Of a stretch of 64,000 nt of DNA, positions 61,745 through 64,000 are shown piece after piece (positions within the stretch are counted from its first letter, which is position 1; each line of letters begins with the position of its first letter). A program made the translations under genes and the position numbers. Source of the DNA: an uncultured Holophagales bacterium. GTDB lineage: Bacteria > Acidobacteriota > Thermoanaerobaculia > Multivoradales > UBA5704. Where the stretch lies: NCBI GenBank assembly GCA_963842525.1, contig CAWJGT010000013.1, positions 1-64,000 of the forward strand. Direction: 5' to 3'. The notes below the pieces were generated by a model that was given only the letters and a program-made list of their open reading frames with translations, made no database searches and was not told the DNA's origin.

Positions 61745-62944
61745 ATGTACATCTCCCACATCCGTCTGGAAAACATCCGCGGCTTCCGGGAGCTGGAGAT
61801 CGACCTGTCCGGTGAGGATGAGCCGCGGCGGCGGACGGTGATCATCGGTAAGAACGGCACCTGCAAGACCAGCGTGCTGCGGTCGATCGCCCTGGGTCTC
61901 TGCGATCTGACCGACGCGAACGCACTGATCTCGGAGCCGATCGGAGCGTTTGTTCGCGCTGGGGCGATGGACGGGCGAATCATAATCGGGGTTGATTGTG
62001 GAGAATCGGAACTCACGTTCAAGTCTGCGGTGATCCGGGAGGTTGAAAAAGAGCAAGTCCTTCAGCCGAGCATCACACCACCTCCAGCGAGGCCTTTTGT
62101 CTGCGGCTATGGGGCTGGTCGTTTCGGTGTCGGCTCCGATACCGGGCGTGGCTATCGGATTGCCGACGCGGTCTATACGCTCTTCGACTATCACCAGACT
62201 CTGATCAACCCGGAGCTGACCTTGCGCCGGCTCCAGGATTTCCTGGGGTCTGAGAGGTACGACGCTGCCCTCCTTGGGATCAAGAGGGTGTTGGGACTGA
62301 GCTTCGAGGATGAGATCCGCCTGCCCGCCGGCGGGGGCGTCGAGATCTCCGGTCCCTCGCTCGGGAAGGGCGTGCGTCTGGAAGGGTGGGCGGACGGTTA
62401 CCGCATGACTTTCAGTTGGATGGTGGATCTCTACGGCCGTGCGATGCGGGCGGACCGCATCACGCCCGAGGGTCACGTTCAAGGCATCCTCCTGATCGAC
62501 GAGATCGAACAGCATCTCCATCCTTCGATGCAGGCGGAGATCCTGCCGCGGATCTCCGAGGTCTTCCCTGAGATGCAGATCTTCGCCACCACCCACAGCC
62601 CGCTGGTGGCCCTCGACGCCTCACCTGATGAATTGGTGGTGCTGCAGCGCGAGGGAGACGAAGTGGTCCGGGAGGAGAACGTCCCTGACTTTTCCGGCTA
62701 TTCAGCCGAGGACATGCTGCAAGACGAGCGGCTCTTCGATACCGAAGTCTATGCGCCTGAGATGCGCGAGAAGCTCTCCCGTTATCACGATCTCGCCGCC
62801 ATCCCGGCGCGCACCCGGGGTGCGGGTGAAACGCGAGAGCTGCGTAGCCTGGCCTTCGAGATCCACGAGAAGCCGGTCCCCGAAACGCGCCAGGACGAGA
62901 TGATGCGCGAGCTCAAACGGCTCGTCGACAAGCACGGCCTCTGA
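61745..62944 (+). CDS. ABC-type ATPase, Septu PtuA-like
   Basis: LENIRGF, Walker A GKNGTCKT, GYGAGR, ADGY signature, LIDEIEQHLHP, TTHSP. Confidence 0.85.
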   Translation: MYISHIRLENIRGFRELEIDLSGEDEPRRRTVIIGKNGTCKTSVLRSIALGLCDLTDANALISEPIGAFVRAGAMDGRIIIGVDCGESELTFKSAVIREVEKEQVLQPSITPPPARPFVCGYGAGRFGVGSDTGRGYRIADAVYTLFDYHQTLINPELTLRRLQDFLGSERYDAALLGIKRVLGLSFEDEIRLPAGGGVEISGPSLGKGVRLEGWADGYRMTFSWMVDLYGRAMRADRITPEGHVQGILLIDEIEQHLHPSMQAEILPRISEVFPEMQIFATTHSPLVALDASPDELVVLQREGDEVVREENVPDFSGYSAEDMLQDERLFDTEVYAPEMREKLSRYHDLAAIPARTRGAGETRELRSLAFEIHEKPVPETRQDEMMRELKRLVDKHGL

Positions 62945-62953
62945 TCTGTCGCG

Positions 62954-63763
62954 ATGATCCACATCGATCGGAACAGGACCGACGAGCGGAGCCGGCCGAT
63001 CCGGCCCGACGAGGCCTGGGACAAGGCCGCCGAAAAGGCAACCCAGAAGGCCAGGGAGGAGGCCGGCAAGCACAATGCCGACAAGAAGGTCTACGCCCAC
63101 GATCAGGTGAAGGCCGCCCTCGAAGAGCTGTTCCACGACAAGTGCGCTTATTGCGAGACGGACGTCACCGCTGGCTTCGATTGGGACGTGGAGCACTTCC
63201 GGCCCAAGGGCAAGGTGGCCAAGCGCCCGGATCACCCGGGCTACTACTGGCTGACCTATACCTGGGCCAATCTCTATCCATCCTGCCAGCACTGCAATCA
63301 GAATCGTAAGGACAAGCCGAGTTGGGACGATCCTTCGCCCGGGGGCACGGCTGGCAAGCTGGACCAATTCCCCTTGGAGGATGAGTCCACGCGGGTCATG
63401 GCTCCTGATGTCGATCTGAAGGGCGAAAAGCGCCTCTTGATCGATCCCTGCGAGGACCAGCCGGAGAATCACCTGCGTTTTGCCGTCGACGGCGTTGTCG
63501 TCGCCGTGGCCGGAGACCGGAAGGGAGAGGCTTCGATCAAGGTCTTTCATCTCAACCGGCGGCGCCTGCGCAAGCGGCGGATGAAGGCGATCGCCGCGGC
63601 CATCTTCGACCTCAAGGCCATCCGCAAGCTCGAAGCAGGCGGCGATCCGGACGCGGCGCGCGAGTTCCGCAGTCACCTGGAGCGGTTCCTCCTCGCGGAC
63701 TCCAGTGAGTACGCCGCGGCCGCCCGGGCGGTGGTGCGTGATCCGGCGGTGTTTGGAGTGTGA
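62954..63763 (+). CDS. HNH endonuclease, Septu PtuB-like
   Basis: FHDKCAYCE, VEHFRPK, YYWL.Y.W.NL..SCQHCN, LLIDPC. Confidence 0.87.
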   Translation: MIHIDRNRTDERSRPIRPDEAWDKAAEKATQKAREEAGKHNADKKVYAHDQVKAALEELFHDKCAYCETDVTAGFDWDVEHFRPKGKVAKRPDHPGYYWLTYTWANLYPSCQHCNQNRKDKPSWDDPSPGGTAGKLDQFPLEDESTRVMAPDVDLKGEKRLLIDPCEDQPENHLRFAVDGVVVAVAGDRKGEASIKVFHLNRRRLRKRRMKAIAAAIFDLKAIRKLEAGGDPDAAREFRSHLERFLLADSSEYAAAARAVVRDPAVFGV

Positions 63764-63774
63764 AGAGGGTAGCT

Positions 63775-63950
63775 ATGCCCAGGGGCCTGGGCCGGCATCA
63801 CTGCCGGCGGACGTGGCTTTGGGACAGGACCTTGCAGCCCGCAGATCTGTGAGGCCTGTTGACCCAGGGCATCGGCCTTCGGCCTCAGAAGCCCTGGGCT
63901 GGGCTCTAGCGACCCCTTAGGCCGCCAAGACCGCGTGCCGGCCAGGCCTG
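63775..63950. repeat. Degenerate REP-like hairpins
   Basis: GCCCAGGGGCCTGGGC; CCCAGGGC..GGCCTTCGGCC..GCCCTGGG. Confidence 0.4.
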
Positions 63951-64000
63951 AAGAAGCCACCTCTTTTCTGAAAGTTGTGTAATTTCCGAGACGTCAGAAT

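Noticed and set aside
61667-63763. Retron system
   Set aside because: No reverse transcriptase and no room for msr-msd upstream within the window.

Overview
High-GC bacterial chromosome segment. Gene content (TolB/PD40 Ser/Thr kinases, a VPS10/BNR hydrolase, XRE-type HTH genes, KKLxLxxET leader peptides) suggests Acidobacteriota, possibly Thermoanaerobaculia; this is inference only. At least ten otherwise intact genes, including prfC, carry 1-2 bp frameshifts, most likely long-read assembly errors. The window mixes housekeeping genes with accessory DNA. (1) The end of an aryl-polyene/FAS-II-like lipid cluster. (2) An integrase-less array of two gene cassettes with attC sites. One attC is split exactly in its GTTA|GCC core by an ORF-less ~800-nt group II intron whose putative EBS1 loop (UAACGG) is complementary to the CCGTTA found at the end of both attC sites; this is the most striking observation. 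(3) A four-gene operon (single-domain HPPD/HmaS-like VOC protein, HpgT-like aminotransferase, Ldh_2 dehydrogenase, SyrP-like dioxygenase) that looks like a variant non-proteinogenic amino-acid supply pathway. (4) Orphan RiPP-like precursor peptides, one duplicated. (5) A PAPHVQA-repeat/VIQR candidate effector. (6) Several toxin-antitoxin or restriction modules with the toxic part deleted or absent, plus intact MNT-HEPN and Septu-like ATPase+HNH systems. (7) A 186-bp MITE with TIRs and a target-site duplication, REP/REPIN-like repeats, a 20-bp-period tandem array and several segmental duplications. No rRNA, tRNA or CRISPR array was seen.
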